DNA of 64,000 nt, from IMG/VR virus record IMGVR_UViG_3300028275_000006, positions 1-64,000 of that record, one strand, 5' to 3'. Of this stretch, positions 63,465 through 64,000 are shown piece by piece. How positions within the stretch are numbered: the first letter of the stretch is position 1; each line of letters begins with the position of its first letter. The position numbers were made by a program, and so were the translations under genes. The notes under the pieces are model-generated. The model saw only the letters and a program-made list of their open reading frames with translations. It did no database searches and was not told the origin of the DNA.

Positions 63465-64000
63465 TTATGAAACCTTAACAACAGTAAATCCTGCTTTTAC
63501 GTAGTGATCGTGAGCATAATTCTTTGCGTGTTCGCGACCTTTAGTAGTAGTTACACGGGGTGTTCTTTCAACTTCATTTCCGTCCTTGTCAATAAGAGTA
63601 AAACGGAATGAATACTCTTCTGGATCCGGTCCATTAACATATTCATCATCTTCGCGTTCACGACGTCCAAAGCCTGTGCGACTAGAATCGTAATCGCGTT
63701 GATACGCATCGTAACTACCGTAACGGCCTTCTTCTAATTCTGACATTTTCATAGCATCTTTTTCCTTCTTAGGTTCTTTTTCTTTTTTAGGCTCTTCTTT
63801 TTTCTTAGGTTCTTCTTTTTTCTTAGAATCTTTTTTCTTTGCTTTTTCCTTCGCCTTTTCTTCATAGGGCATCAAGTACTCGGCAACTAAGTCAAAGAAT
63901 GGTTTACCCATAACAGGTGTTTCTGAACTTACGCCAGCGGCATCGCTAAATGCTTGTCTGTCGCCTTTGGCTACTGCTTCACGTAAACTTGTAGCAGAGC
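63465..64000 (-). CDS. 3' part of a cytidyltransferase-like protein, truncated by the window end
   Basis: Frame stays open beyond 63911 and reads SATSLREAVAKGDRQAF (SAT.xR signature); K/E-rich linker follows. Confidence 0.55.
   Translation of the reverse strand, partial: SATSLREAVAKGDRQAFSDAAGVSSETPVMGKPFFDLVAEYLMPYEEKAKEKAKKKDSKKKEEPKKKEEPKKEKEPKKEKDAMKMSELEEGRYGSYDAYQRDYDSSRTGFGRREREDDEYVNGPDPEEYSFRFTLIDKDGNEVERTPRVTTTKGREHAKNYAHDHYVKAGFTVVKVS

Noticed and set aside
63770-63850. DNA tandem repeat or contingency locus
   Set aside because: Explained by an imperfect K/E/P protein linker with varied codons
1-64000. tRNA genes, CRISPR arrays, introns/inteins, stop-codon recoding
   Set aside because: No cloverleaf or spaced direct repeats seen by eye; polymerase, thyA and other genes are contiguous in the standard code. 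tRNAscan and Infernal were not run

Overview
The window is a 64 kb segment of a large, AT-rich, T4-like (myovirus) phage genome read in the standard genetic code. Bases 937-30789 (+) form a late baseplate and tail-fibre module: tube initiator, gp53-, gp27-, gp5-, gp25- and gp6-like proteins, a 4694-aa wedge protein and three paralogous fibres. A gp55-like late sigma gene sits divergently upstream. Bases 30786-55253 (-) hold early/middle genes: ThyA, DHFR, a MoxR-type ATPase with a vWA/peptidase partner, RNase H, a sliding clamp, family B DNA polymerase and DsbA. Within these lies the main finding, a 7-deazaguanine gene cluster (FolE, QueE, a DpdL/QueD-like T-fold protein and a TGT-fold DpdA-like enzyme). 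It is interleaved and apparently co-transcribed with a GT-B glycosyltransferase, two NAD(P)-dependent oxidoreductases, a cupin, a PRTase, a HIT hydrolase, a 2OG-Fe(II) oxygenase and an unknown 179-aa protein. This suggests an extended, possibly glycosylated, deazaguanine DNA modification. Bases 55366-64000 (-) encode probable head-internal proteins cut after Glu, Dps, a lipoprotein and a candidate pseudoknotted RNA. Six near-consensus sigma70 promoters and repeated (G/A)ATAAATA late promoters are visible. All functional calls come from motifs read by eye and from recalled family knowledge; no searches were run.
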